DNA of 64,000 nucleotides from Pecten maximus. Taxonomy: Eukaryota. The notes beneath the pieces are model-generated. The model made no database searches, was not told the DNA's origin, and worked only from the letters and a program-made list of their open reading frames with translations. This document shows positions 13,821-27,599 of the stretch, piece by piece (positions within the stretch are counted from its first letter, which is position 1; every line of letters begins with the position of its first letter). The stretch is taken from contig NC_047021.1 of assembly GCF_902652985.1 (NCBI RefSeq), forward strand, positions 28,334,001 to 28,398,000, written 5' to 3'. The translations under genes were made by a program, and so were the position numbers.

Positions 13821-15307
13821 ACAAGAGATCCCAGAGGGATCTTGGCGCCCACCATTGAATGATCTTTATAGGTTCCATGTCAGATTGATCTTTTCCCTAC
13901 TTTTCCCTTCCTCTAAGTCTTACTTATCTGTGTAAATTCAGAAACAGCCCTCTAGTACTTTTCAAACAAGGGGAACCTATATACAGAATTTAAGATTTAG
14001 CTATAATGGCTGTCTGTCGGCCATGTAGTTTTCGTATTGGTCCCAATATGCAAAACTAGGCACTGAGGGGAACCTACATATGAAATTTGAAAAAGATCCC
14101 TTCAGTACTTTCACAGAAATAGCGATAACAAACTTTAATTGTCATAATCCAAGATGGCTGCCTGTCAGCCATGTTGTTTTCTGATTAGTCTCAAAATGCA
14201 ATATGCATAACCAGGCACAAAGAGGAACCTGCATATGAAATTTGAGAAAGATCCCTTCAGTACTTTCACAGAAATAGCGATAACAAACTTCAATTGTCAA
14301 AATCCAAGATGGCTGCCTGTCGGCCATTTTGTTTTCCGATTGGTCCCAAAATGCAATATGCATAACTAGGCACCAAAGGGAACCTACATATAAAATTTGA
14401 GAAAGATCCCTTCAGTACTTCCTCAGAAATAGCGTTAACAAACTTCAATTGTCAAAATCCAAGATGGCTGCCTGTCGGCCATGTTTTTTCCGATTGGTCC
14501 CAAAATCAAATATGCATAACTAGGCACCAAAGGGAACCTACATATGAAATTTGAGAAAGATCCCTTCAGTACTTCCTCAGAAATAGCGATAACAAACTCC
14601 AATTGTCAAAATCCAAGATGGCTGCCTGTCGGCCATGTTGTTTTCTGATCGGTCCCAAAATGCAATATGCATATCTAGGCACCAAGAGGAACCTACATAT
14701 GAAATTTGAGAAAGATCCCTTCAATACTTTCTCAGAAATAGCGTTAACAAACTCCAATTGTCAAAATCCAAGATGGCTGCCTGTCGGCCATGTTGTTTTC
14801 TGATCGGGCCCAAAATGCAATATGCATAACTAGGCACCAAGGGGAACCTACATATGAAATTTGAGAAAGATCCCTTCAATACTTTCTCAGAAATAGAGAT
14901 AACAAACTTCAATTGTCAAAATCCAAGATGGCTGCCTGTCGGCCATGTTGTTTTCCGATCGGTCCCAAAATGCAATATGCACAACTAGGCACCAAGGGGA
15001 ACCTACATATGAAATTTGAGAAAGATCCCTTCAAGACTTTCTCAGAAATAGAGATAACAAACTTCAATTGTCAAAATCCAAGATGGCTGCCTGTCGGCCA
15101 TGTTGTTTTCCGATCGGTCCCAAAATGCAATATGCACAACTAGGCACCAAGGGGAACCTACATATGAAATTTGAGAAAGATCCCATCAGCACTTTCTCAG
15201 AAATAGCGATAACAAGAATTGTTTACGGACGGAGGGACGGACGGACGGACCACGGACCACGGACGCAGGGCGATTTGAATAGCCCACCATCTGATGATGG
15301 TGGGCTA
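13821..15307 (-). mobile_element. Non-autonomous Helentron (HINE), family B, with an internal 155-bp satellite array
   Basis: Minus strand: T-run, inverted repeat AGCCCACCATCATCAGATGGTGGGCT, (GTCC)n microsatellite, about 8 tandem 155-bp units (~13935-15215), subTIR GGTGGGCG, 3' hairpin AGATCCCTCTGGGATCT, ending in a T-run. Confidence 0.85.
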
Positions 15308-15847
15308 AAAAACCAGTCAGAAATACCTATATATATATTCAATATATATAGGTATTTCTGACTATTTTTTCGACAAAGCCGTCTAATTTTGTTTTGGCCC
15401 AGGATATGACGCGACAGGTGGCGTTGTTGGTCAAGATGAAGTATGTGATTGGTCAATGTAGCGGTCAATGGAAAATGCAGATATACAGTTAAAAACGAAA
15501 CAAAGTTAAAGAGACAACATTCATTTTGTATTTTTTATCATATTATTGGGTATATCTTTTAAAAAAATAACCTTCTGAACAATAACCATTCGAATTTGAT
15601 GATGTATGTACATAAAAACATCAATTATTAAAAAGTTATCATTCTGAATATGCAACTTTTGTGACATATACGATAAACGCATGCGCTTATGGCTTCCAAT
15701 GTGAATTGACTGCGGTTGAAAACGATAACAGCTTCCGCAATAAATGAAGAGAATAATAGGAAAATGGGTCAAACACAATCCTGGAATTAAACTTGGGAAG
15801 CAGTACAATAGATTGTAACAGTTCAAACATGAAAACAGCAGTAAAGG

Positions 15848-16347
15848 NNNNNNNNNNNNNNNNNNNNNNNNNNNNNNNNNNNNNNNNNNNNNNNNNNNNN
15901 NNNNNNNNNNNNNNNNNNNNNNNNNNNNNNNNNNNNNNNNNNNNNNNNNNNNNNNNNNNNNNNNNNNNNNNNNNNNNNNNNNNNNNNNNNNNNNNNNNNN
16001 NNNNNNNNNNNNNNNNNNNNNNNNNNNNNNNNNNNNNNNNNNNNNNNNNNNNNNNNNNNNNNNNNNNNNNNNNNNNNNNNNNNNNNNNNNNNNNNNNNNN
16101 NNNNNNNNNNNNNNNNNNNNNNNNNNNNNNNNNNNNNNNNNNNNNNNNNNNNNNNNNNNNNNNNNNNNNNNNNNNNNNNNNNNNNNNNNNNNNNNNNNNN
16201 NNNNNNNNNNNNNNNNNNNNNNNNNNNNNNNNNNNNNNNNNNNNNNNNNNNNNNNNNNNNNNNNNNNNNNNNNNNNNNNNNNNNNNNNNNNNNNNNNNNN
16301 NNNNNNNNNNNNNNNNNNNNNNNNNNNNNNNNNNNNNNNNNNNNNNN
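15848..16347. other. Assembly gap (500 N)
   Basis: Run of N. Confidence 1.
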
Positions 16348-16429
16348 AGGTAAAAAATATTTGTATTTCTTCCTCCGAGATCAAAATGTCATTGAATTTC
16401 GAATCTCAAGTGCATTCGAGATCAAAAAT

Positions 16430-16987
16430 TAGCTTTCGTTTGGGATGAAAACAGTTCTCAGATTGAGATTTTTTTTTTCGATATTTTCTTTACCCCTTGG
16501 CGAGGTCATGACCTTGACATATTCTCTGATAAGATGGCATGGAGAAAAGTTAGCTCTGTCCCTGATCTACATAACACACTGAACGGGAACGAAACAGAAC
16601 GATCCGTTATGAAGTTATGATAGTTCAAAAAACGTCCAAAAATGTTCTATTTATAGATCTGTGACCTTGACCGTTGAACGTATGAACATAAAATTGCACC
16701 AAGATCGACAGCTTGATATTGTCTATCATGTACTAAGATATGAACGTTCTATCTGCATTCGTTTTTGAGAGATTTTGTTCACAAAAAAAGTGTTAAGAAT
16801 AATAATAATAATAAGAAGAAGAAGAAAAAACATAACAATAACAATATGGATTTCCATCCGAAATGGAAATCCCTAATAAGAAAAAACATAACAATAACAA
16901 TAGTGATTTCCATCCGAAATGGAAATCCCTAATAAGAAAAAACATAACAATAACAATAGTGATTTCCATCCGAAATGGAAATCCCTA
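16430..16987 (-). mobile_element. Family A HINE 5' part with a triplicated terminal segment
   Basis: Near-identical to ~9715-10085, followed by three tandem copies of AAGAAAAAACATAACAATAACAATAGTGATTTCCATCCGAAATGGAAATCCCTAA. Confidence 0.75.
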
Positions 16988-19900
16988 AAAAGTAACCGTG
17001 GAACAGGGGCTTACGTTCTAGTTTAATTCAAGTCAATATGTTAGTTGCTTCCCATAGATTACAAATATACTTACTTCTTATCGTGAAACTGTTAACTTTT
17101 TCGTGTAATTAGTCAGTACAGTAAATGGTATAACAAAGTTTCGGAGTTATCCGTGAACCATCGCAAGTATCGTGTTTCGTGTTACAATTGCTATCTCTAG
17201 AGAAGTATTGCAAAAAGTAGTTCAACGTGTGCCCAATCCATGTGTTATAAGATGTACTTATATCAAAATCATTATCATTAGGGAGTTACATGTAACACAT
17301 TGACCTCTAGTTTGGCCCGCATCTTTTTTCTACATGTGTATCTCCACCAAATTATTTATATAATTGGATTTTTTCAATAAACATTTAAACTTAATTGACC
17401 TCTAGTCTGCCTGCCTGCCTGCCTGCATACGGAGAGTTAGATTGCTTGCCCCTTATATTTATCACAAACACCAAGATAATTAAATACCGAACGAGCTTTA
17501 CACACAAGCGAAAACTTTTCGTAACATATTATGTACTTATGGTTTTGGTTGTGTTTGGCTTGAACAGGGATTTGGAGATATCGATGTATTTTATCATTAT
17601 TCCAACCAAGGGTACAGACATATTTATACCAGGCTTGTAGAGTCGCCACCGGCCAGATGTTATATACTTTTCTCAGATGAATTTGTTTACAAGACATATC
17701 TTGATATTGTTAATATTAAAGAAAAAAATAACAAGGATTCGGGAATCTTCTCAAAGATTAAATATAGAAGTGGGAAGATGGCATCGCCCGATATCTTATG
17801 TCACCAGAGAACTGTGTCATCATTCAAAATCTGGCTATGTATATTCGCAAAGCAAATGAATTAAGAAATAAAATACAATTTAACTAAGAGAGCTAGACAT
17901 GTGTGATAGTATGTGTATAGTGGCCTTCGCTTGCTATACGATTATATTGTTTTTCATGCTTTAAAGGTCTGTTAGAACTACTATGTATATTCACAAAGCA
18001 AATGATTTAAGAAATGAAATACTATTTAACAAAGAGACTTATGAAACAACGTGTATAGTATCTTCCGCTTACTATACGGTAATACAAAATGTATTGCTTT
18101 TCATGCCAGGTAAGAAATACTGTGAAGAAATACATGTATTTCAATTATCAGTTTATCAATTGTTGTTGACTGAAATCGTACGAAAATAGTATTATATCTG
18201 TAACTGTTACAACTGAATATAAACACTAGTATGTATTGAATCAAGTTCCACCATAAGCATATGTATGTTGATTATTTGCACTAACGCAATAATGCCTTTT
18301 GCAAAATAAATATATATATATACGGTCGGCTGAAACAGACTACAATGGTATACATGACGAGATCTTATAATCTACGTACAACAGTAAACAGTCGGGTAAT
18401 AAGATAAGTGGATTGACATGATGATATACAGAGTATACCTGTATGTCTGGTATGTACATAGATAAGTGATGTTTCTATAGATTTGTGGTCCAATAGTTGT
18501 AAATAAGTGACGAAGTGCCGATTTTTGGGTGGGGCTACTCCCCCGAGCACCACAACATCCCCACCACCCATCCCCACCCCGTACCGTTTATTTCCATTAT
18601 GGTAGGGTTTCTGATGTTACTCGCTCCATATATTTTTTAGATGTCGATAAATTTATTTATTTAACTGGTTTTACGTCCGCTATTACGGCAGATGTCGATA
18701 AACATCATACTCCTTTTATATATTAGTACGACACTGACTTTGTATCCCCCCCCCAAACGGGAGATATAGTACATGTACAAAGGGTTTCGTCCATCCGTCC
18801 TTTCGTCCGGTGGCGTTACCGGATCACATCTCCTACACTATTTAATATCACTTCCCAAAACTTTCTACACAAATCAATCGAGTGGTCTAATAGTGTATTT
18901 TGCTGTGGAGCAATTTCCAGTCTCAATACTTCCATAGTTACAAATGTACCATGGAAACATAAATTACAAGTAATGTATGTACTAGTATGATTTTGCCTGT
19001 CCCGCTTCGTCAATACACTACAATGTGAATTTCAAGCAAACTCCAAAATTCACTAACCTTTCAGTATTTTTCCAAAAACAACAACAACAAAAACCTCCCC
19101 ACAATAGTTGGGAGCACTCTGTATAATGTACTACAAAACAAATATGAAATATCGCAAAATCACTAAGTCTCAAAATTCACATAAAAAGTGAGAGGAAAAT
19201 ACATTTGATATATAATAGAATTCATTATTAACATTTGTCGGTTTAGTTTTGCATGAGAAAAAACACATCTCTAATAATGATCACACAGGCTACCTGACTA
19301 CGGAAGTTGTGTCCCTTGGATTGTGGATGTCTGTAGAAACCAGTATAGCACATGCTATTATTATTTCTTTCGCACATTAAAAAGCTATTTTCTTGGTAAG
19401 TGGGGAAAATGTTTTATGTAAGTTTTATAAAACTTTATTTATTTTACAACGTTTGCGAACAAGCTATATCAACTTATATGTATCACGTTTGTTGGCCCGG
19501 ATTGTTCAAAGCGCGCGGAGGGTCTTCCTATGGGAGGAAACCGAAGTTCCTGGGGAAAACTTAAGTGTAAAACCATATCACATTCATGATTATGTGTAAT
19601 ACCATCCTACAGTTGGTTCGTCCTTCTAAGACTCGCCAGTGGTGTTAAGGGTCAAAAGTGTAACAGTACATTTGTAATTTGTAATCTGTAAATGAAACAT
19701 ATGGAAAGAAAAGGCCATAGAATGTGAATTCCTCGTAGATATAATGTATGATAAAATGGAAAATAAAACCACACCACACGGACAAAGTGTGTGAATTCCT
19801 CGTAGATATGATATACAGTGTATATAATTAAATGGTAAATAAAACTACACCACACAGGTTTTACATCATTCTAGCTCCACGCAAGGCACCAAAGTGTGTT

Positions 19901-20279
19901 AATTCAGAACTAAGGCAAGGAATAATGAGTCAATCAAAATAATTCATACTTCAAACAAAAAAAATAAATAAATAAAATAAAATAAAAAAATTTATCTTGT
20001 AGAATTAAGATATTTGATAATTTAGAATATCAAACATAACAGTTTATGATGACTTAGCTTTCGACATATATATTAACATCGATAGAACGGCTCGGGAGAC
20101 GATTTTAATTACCAATCTTGGGGCACTGGTCATAACGCTTTGTGTTTTGAAAAGAAACAAATCGATATTTTGATTTAGCAGTGATGACGTATAGATGCAA
20201 TAACTAACAGCCTCGGTGAAGTGAAAAAAAAATCTTAAGACGGTTTTCATAAATCTCCAGGGTTCCATTTTCTTCGTCG

Positions 20280-20748
20280 GTGCTCACACCTGGGCGTCGA
20301 TGAATTTTACACTCAGGTAACGATAATTCCTATAGAAAATAAGCACGGGGTGAAAACACGGTTGATTTTGGTTCTCTTTTTTCTATCTGATAATCGTTTC
20401 ATTGTTTCAAGTTTCAAGATAATGCAGTCTCTCAAGGAAAATAACCCGACCACGGAACAATATGATAAATTGTCTATAATTTGCAAGGATAACGGACAGG
20501 TAAAACACTAACTTCTTAATTTTTTGCTAAGTCACCCACAGTGTGGGTGGGTATGACCAAATATGTACCAATCCACGAATTATGTAACATATACAGTAAA
20601 ATCCACAATCAAAATGACCAGTCTCACAGTCTATCGGTATTATATATTATAACATTGTCAAGTTTGGATTGATTGGCATAATTAGTTAAATATTCTATAG
20701 AAATTATCATTGCCCGGGGAAAATTCATCGACGCCCAGGTGTAAGCAC
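20280..20748. mobile_element. MITE-like element with ~29-bp TIRs upstream of the GST gene
   Basis: GTGCTCACACCTGGGCGTCGATGAATTTT at 20280 and its inverted copy AAAATTCATCGACGCCCAGGTGTAAGCAC ending at 20748 (1 mismatch). No clear TSD. Confidence 0.7.
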
Positions 20749-21097
20749 TAGCGCCCGGTCAGTACGATTGATTAATTACCATTATATAACTTATATAACA
20801 TGGCTTTATATAAGTTATATAATTACCGGGTAGAGGAATGCATACATCTGACAAAAATCAACAAGTATCGTTGGATTGAAATATCTGTCATGATAATACT
20901 AGCTTTATAAATACATAAAAGTGAATATCAATGTGTGTCAGGTGCCATAAATAATATCCAATATTATTTACATAGACACGTATTTGTATGGGGAGGTCAT
21001 CGGTGCGTGAGGACGGCGGCATAATAAAGTTTGTTGTCTCGGAAGCCTGCTCCCGGTAACCCAACCTGCAGTAGCCGAAGCCCAACGTGAAATCAAC

Positions 21098-24000
21098 ATG
21101 TCCGGCAAGCCCTGGAAAGTCACGTACTTCAATGGTCGTGGTAGGGCGGAAAGTATCCGGATTGTACTCACGGAGGCTGGAATGTCGTTTGAGGACGTCC
21201 GCATTAACAAAGAAGAATGGGATGCGATGAGAGAGTGTAAGTATTTTTATCTGTGTAGACTAATAACAAGGAATGGATATTGAGGAAAACCTATCGTATC
21301 AGTATTTAACGCATGGCCTACTTCTGTAAACCACTTACATGATATTGTACAGTTTTACATGTAGGCTTGTAATCCACTCGAATGGCTAGTACATGTACGT
21401 ATATACCTTCAACATTGTCGATAACCACTACATACGTTACGTCGAAATCCGGTCTGGGTGTCGTAAATATTGTATGACTCTGACGTATACGTATACAACT
21501 GTATGTAGATATGGCTAAAAATAGCATGGCTTGGTGATTAATCTAAATATAAACGAACTACTCACATGGAACGCCACGGCTGTCTTTTTTTCAACTTGCA
21601 TCTGTGTATAGTCCATCCCTTTCAATCCACATTTCATAGCTACTGTTATTTATGAACTGTAAATAATCCTAAATGGAACAATTTTTGTGTATATAATCTA
21701 CATGATATATTCACAACCAGGAAGTATATATTATCATAATCATTAGAAAATAGGTAATCAATGCGCAACCGGTATGTGACCATACATGTAACCGTTCCCC
21801 TTACAAGCTAAAGCAAGCTTTCAACGACACGAAGACTGTGATTCTGTATCCTGAAGTTATTAAAATAGAAATAAAAAGTAAAGGTGATAACCCGGTTCTT
21901 GTTGATAACCCTGTGTATACCCTATGGTACTGAGTGGGTGATAACCCGGTTCTTGTTGATAACCCTGTGTATAACCCTATGGTACTGGGTGGGTGTTAAC
22001 CCGGTTCTTGTTGATAACCCTGTATAAACCCTATGGTACTGGGTGGGTGTTAACCCGGTTCTTGTTGATAACCCTGTGTAAACCCTATGATACTGAGTGG
22101 GTGATAACCATGTCCTTGTTAATGACACTATATAGAACCTATGATACTGAGTGGGTGATAACCCGATCCTTGTTGATAACCCTGTGTAAACCCTATGATA
22201 CTGAGTGGGTGATAACCATGTCCTTGTTAATGACACTGTATAGAACCTATGATACTGAGTGGGTGATAACCCGGTTCTTGTTGATAACCCTGTGTATACC
22301 CTATGATACTGAGTGGGTGTTAACCCGGTTCTTGTTAATGACACTGTATAGAACCTATGATACTGAGTGGGTGATAACCCGGTTCTTGTTGATGGCCCTG
22401 TATAAACCTTATGGTACTGGGTAGGTGATTACCCGGTTCTTGTTGATGACCCTGTATAGACTCTATGGTACTGAGTGGGTGATAACCCGATCCTTGTTGA
22501 TAACCCTGTATAAACCCTATGATACTGAGTGGGTGATAACCATGCCCTTGTTAATGACACTATATAGAACCTATGATACTGAGTGGGTGATAACCCGATC
22601 CTTGTTGATAACCCTGTGTAAACCCTATGATACTGAGTGGGTGATAACCATGTCCTTGTTAATGACACTGTATAGAACCTATGATACTGAGTGGGTGATA
22701 ACCCGGTTCTTGTTGATGACCCTGTGTATACCCTATGATACTGAGTGGGTGATAACCCGGTTCTTGTTAATGACACTGTTTATACCTTATGATACTGAGT
22801 GGGTGATAACCCGGTTCTTGTTGATGACCCTGTATAAACCTTATGGTACTGGGTAGGTGATTACCCGGTTCTTGTTGATGACCCTGTATAGACTCTATGG
22901 TACTGAGTGGGTGTTAACCCGGTTCTTGTTGATGACCCTGTGTATAGACCCTTTGACACTGAATGGGTGATAACTCGGTTCTGATGACCCTGTGTTGACC
23001 CTATGATACTGAGTGGGCGATAACCATGTCCTTGTTGATGACCCTGTGTATAGACCCTATGATACTGAGTGGGCGATAACCATGTCCTTGTTGATGACCC
23101 TGTGTATAGACCCTTTGACACTGAATGGGTGATAACTCGGTTCTGATGACCCTGTGTTGACCCTATGGTACTGAGTAGTGATAACGTTATTCTTGTTGAT
23201 GACCCTGTGTTGACCCATGGTACTGGGTAGTGATGGTCTCCATTCTTGTTGATGACCCTGTTTTGGCCTCGTGGTACTGAGTAGCGATAACGTTATTCTT
23301 GTTGATGACCCTGTGTTGACCCTATTGTACTGAGTAGTGATGACGTTATTCTTGTTGATGTCCCTGTGTTGACCCTATGGTACTGGTTAGTGATGACGTT
23401 ATTCTTGTTGATGGCCCTGTGTTGACCCTATGGTACTGGTTAGTGATGACGTTATTCTTGTTGATGGCCCTGTGTTGACTCTATTGTACTGAGTAGTGAT
23501 AACGTTATTCTTGTTGATGACCCTGTGTTGACCCTATTGCACTGAGTAGTGATGACGTTATTCTTGTTGATGTCCCTGTGTTGACCCTATGGTACTGAGT
23601 AGTGATAGTCTCTATTCTTGTTGATGACCCTGGGTTGACCCTATAGTACTGGGTAGTGATAGTCTCTATTCTTGTTGATGACCCTGTGTTGACCCTATGG
23701 TACTGAGTAGTGATAGTCTCTATTCTTGTTGATGACCCTGGGTTGACCCTATTGTACTGGGTAGTGATAACGTTATTCTTGTTGATGACCCTGTGTTGAC
23801 CCTATGGTACTGAGTAGTGATAACGTTATTCTTGTTGATGACCCTGTGTTGACCCTATGGTACTGAGTAGTGATAACGTTATTCTTGTTGATGACCCTGT
23901 GTTGACCCTATGGTACTGGTTAGTGATGACGTTATTCTTGTTGATGGCCCTGTGTTGACCCTATGGTACTGGTTAGTGATGACGTTATTCTTGTTGATGA

Positions 24001-27000
24001 CCCTGTGTTGACCCTATGGTACTGGTTAGTGATGACGTTATTCTTGTTGATGGCCCTGTGTTGACCCTATTGTACTGAGTAGTGATAACCCTCTTCTTGT
24101 TGATGACCCTGTGTTGGCCTTATGGTACTTTGAAGATAATAACCCTGTTTTCTGATGACCTACAGCTACACCTACCCATACCCTCCCTATCGTGGAGACG
24201 GACGACGGAGTCGTTCTCAGTCAGTCATCGGCCATCCTTAGGTTCCTTGGAAGGAAGTTTAGTAAGTCAACTTACTGTTGTTTTCAGTTATCTTTTTGAA
24301 GTTTTCGAATGTTTCAATATCTTGCCAAATTAAATCTAGGAATGAGAGACGACAATTTAACCTGTTCAAAGTATTGACATAACTAATTGAGTATACGTTA
24401 TCTTACATTCTTAAATGTTATAATGTCTATTTTGTTGTGGTTTGCTAAGGCTAAAAAGAGAAGAATTAGTGTGTTGAGTTTTAATGAGATTATACAAGGT
24501 GTACCGAAACGTTTCCAATTAATACTTATAACACAGATATGTATAGCGAGGATTTGATGGAACAGTACAGAATCGACCTTGTCATGAACATCATAGACGA
24601 TCTGGTCGATAAGAAACTTATATCAGCTCTTTTCGAAAAAGATCTCGTTGTGAAGGTTAGTATTTTCTAACTAAATGACATCAAACATTTGACCAACCAA
24701 GTCGATAAAAGGAGATACCCTGTATCAGAAGGTGGTTAGGGCAAGCCAAGTTGTCATTTATTGACGAGCAATGTTGATCTAGTATTTTACCAAATTATAT
24801 AAGATATCTTATATATTATATAAGATATCTTATATATTTATTGGGTATCTTATATGTGGTCTTATTTAAAGTTTATAAGATATAGTGTATATTATATAAG
24901 ATATCTTATAAACGTATCTTTGTAATGTATCTCATATAATATATAAGATATATTATAAAATATATAAGATATCGTATTTAATTTTCTTTATAAGATATCT
25001 ATCCTTTATATTATATAAGTTATCTTATAAAGAAAAGTATATAAGGTATCCCATTTATTATATAAGATATCTTATAAAGTATATAAGAGATCTTATAAAA
25101 GTTCATAAGATATCTTATATAATTATATAAGATATCTGGTATAATTTGGTAAAATCCTAGATCAACGTTGCTCCGTGAATAAATGACAACTTTATTTGCT
25201 ATATGTGGTACTTGTCCAGACCTCAGCAATTATATTTACATTATTTATTGTTTATTAAATGCCTCCGTCAGCAAACTGTTGTCGATATTAACTTTCATAT
25301 GAAATCTAATAAAACATTTGGAATGCACACGTATCTCTCGCAATTTGATATTGTCACTAAGATAACCAACACTTTATAACAACCTATATATAATCTGAGG
25401 TACAGACTAAGAATGGGTCAGGTTTATGTGATTAGCGGGATTCATTGAACATGATTACATTATTGTGTAAAATGTTAAAGTTAATCATTCTTATTTTATC
25501 ATGATTTGTTAAATGTATTGTTGTCTGCGGGGAAACTGAGTGTCTTCTTAATTAATGTTTGTAGACAAATGCCTTTTTTTTTGTGATATGGAATAAACAT
25601 GCAATGTATGAAGAATGGAGATTAACCGTGTATGTGGTAATTTCTACATGTGACACATATATATGTAGCTCTATGGTGCCGATTTATTTAATATTTCTTC
25701 AGACAGAAAAAATAAAAAAGGTTGAAGCTGAGGATTTACCTGGATATATGAAACTGTTGTCGAGGGAGCTTAAGGCAGGGGGTAGTGGCTTTTTCGTTGG
25801 AGCCAAGGTAAGTGTTGTGATGGGTTATGTTACGTTTTACAAGAGACAGTAGTCTGAATCCATCACAATGTTTTAATTATATTATCATTGTATTGGGTGT
25901 TATCCGATGCTGACCTTGTTGTTCAAGATTGCCAATGGTTCAGGATTTTTTCGTCGACAGGTATCTCTGTATCTGGAAGCTTAAAGCTTTACAGAAATAA
26001 ATCACAAGAGTCCTTGTTATTGCACTGTTTTGATGATTTGTCTGCTTCTTGTTTTATAAACCTGTCTGAGAGTTTCCTTAAAGAGTTAGGGAGTACATGC
26101 CAGATTTATGTAACTTTACACAAGTAATAATAGGGATCCGTATGTATTCAATATGACTACCATTTCCTTACTTCTGATTGGCTGACTCTTAAAATTATGT
26201 TGATGTCGAGGAAATTTAGTATTTAAAGATCATCGTTGTCGTCGTCCACTCGAGAGGGGGGGGGGTAAGGAGGGGGATAAGGAGTGGGGGAGGGAGGGGG
26301 GTGTATGGAGTAGAAAAAGAAGTTTACATACATATATACTTTGCTTTTGCAAAGAAAATAAAGAGCATAACCTCAGGCCCCAGAGAATGGTCGTCGTTAG
26401 AAATGTTAATATGAAAATATCGCAATCGCAAAATTAAACAGCCAGGTACTGGATCCTAACAAACAAATGTTCGTTGGATGCGTATTACTAGAAATAGATA
26501 ATTGTCAAGTAGTAATAACGACAGTACAGACAAGTGAATTGTCGAATTTTCGAGGCAATCTGCCTCTTTATCAAGACACAGGTAAATTACAAACGATCAC
26601 ATAGACATAGAACATGGAACAGTTACACAGATATAGTGGGTACCCACTGTATCTGTGTACATACATTACATACATACATACATATATATATATACATGTA
26701 TATATAATCTTACAGTATGATACTTAAATATCATCGTCAGGACTGTTACCAGCAATATGCTCATTGTCAACAGACAGTCCTTATTTTATTTTATTTACTT
26801 ATTTTATTGAAAGGAAAAGGAATGAGAAGAGCATTCAACATGTTCTAAAGAAGAAAATTCGACTTCAGAGACTTACCACATAATATGAACTATAGTTTCT
26901 CACTCTAAATTACAAAATGAACAGTCTGGATTATTTGATAGTCCTATTTTAAGCATGCAGGAATTTGTATTAAGAATATGTTGTACTAGCATGAAGGAAT

Positions 27001-27599
27001 TTGTAGTAAAGATATGTTGTACTTTTCTGTACTAAAACCATTGTAATTTGGTATATCTTCTTTTTTTTTATATTTTATATGTTTTTAGTAGCTAAAAACA
27101 ATGAGACGATAGACATTTTTAATCCAATTTAAGTCACTTAATTCTAATATTTCTTCCCATCTTTTTCTACTTGCTAGAATTAAACATTTCTTAACCATAG
27201 TATTTTATAGAAATCCTTGGTCCCCTAGCTTTTCATTAAGATATATTCAATTTTAAATGGGGTACTTGGAAGAGGTGGTTGGTTTATATTAAAATCATAT
27301 TTGGTATAATAGGATTTAACAGCAGAAATCAAAGATTAGTTTTCTGTCGTTAAAACGTTTAGAGTTGTTAAAACATTCAATACTCAAAGCATACGATATT
27401 TTGTTTTTATTATTTATTTAATTTTCTATTCCAGCTAACAATAGCCGATGTCAAAGTCTTCACTGTCTTGGAAAACATGACCAGTGCTTTTCCAGAAACT
27501 ATGGAAAAATGGGATGATATAAGGGAATTCAAAGAAAGAATAGCAGCCCGACCAAAGATAGCGACTTGGATAAAAGAACGACCTAAAACTTGGTTTTAA
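21098..27599 (+). CDS. Glutathione S-transferase, sigma class (207 aa, 5 exons)
   Basis: Exons 21098-21236, 24166-24261, 24537-24655, 25703-25807 and 27435-27599, all GT-AG, 624 nt in frame. Motifs: KVTYFNGRGRAESIR (catalytic Tyr), EDVRI..EEW, LP...SQS.AILRFLGRKF, GFFVGAKLTIADV, RPKIATWIKERPKT. Confidence 0.93.
21883..24160. repeat. 2.3-kb minisatellite (54-bp then 53-bp units) in GST intron 1
   Basis: About 42 tandem units. The first part has 54-bp units (…GAGTGGGTGATAACCCGGTT…) and the second part 53-bp units (…GAGTAGTGATAACGTTATT…). Confidence 0.97.
24748..25192. mobile_element. Foldback/MITE-like element in GST intron 3
   Basis: About 55-bp imperfect inverted termini (AAGTTGTCATTTATT...GATCTAGTATTTTACCAAATTATA) enclosing many TATAAGATATCTTATA palindromic words. 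Confidence 0.75.

Noticed and set aside
13479-15364. Possible TAGTCAGAAA...TTTCTGACTA TIR pair around the HINE
   Set aside because: Only 10 bp, no TSD, and the right copy is better explained as one arm of a local hairpin (15315-15363).
14142-15468. Repeated MSKSKMAACRPCC ORFs
   Set aside because: These are translations of the 155-bp satellite unit within a HINE, not genes.
15521-16384. 287-aa and 186-aa ORFs
   Set aside because: Artefacts of reading through the N gap.
21883-24160. CRISPR-like regular array and 140-aa repeat ORFs
   Set aside because: Units are contiguous with no unique spacers and there are no cas genes; the ORFs arise from the 54-bp period inside a GST intron.
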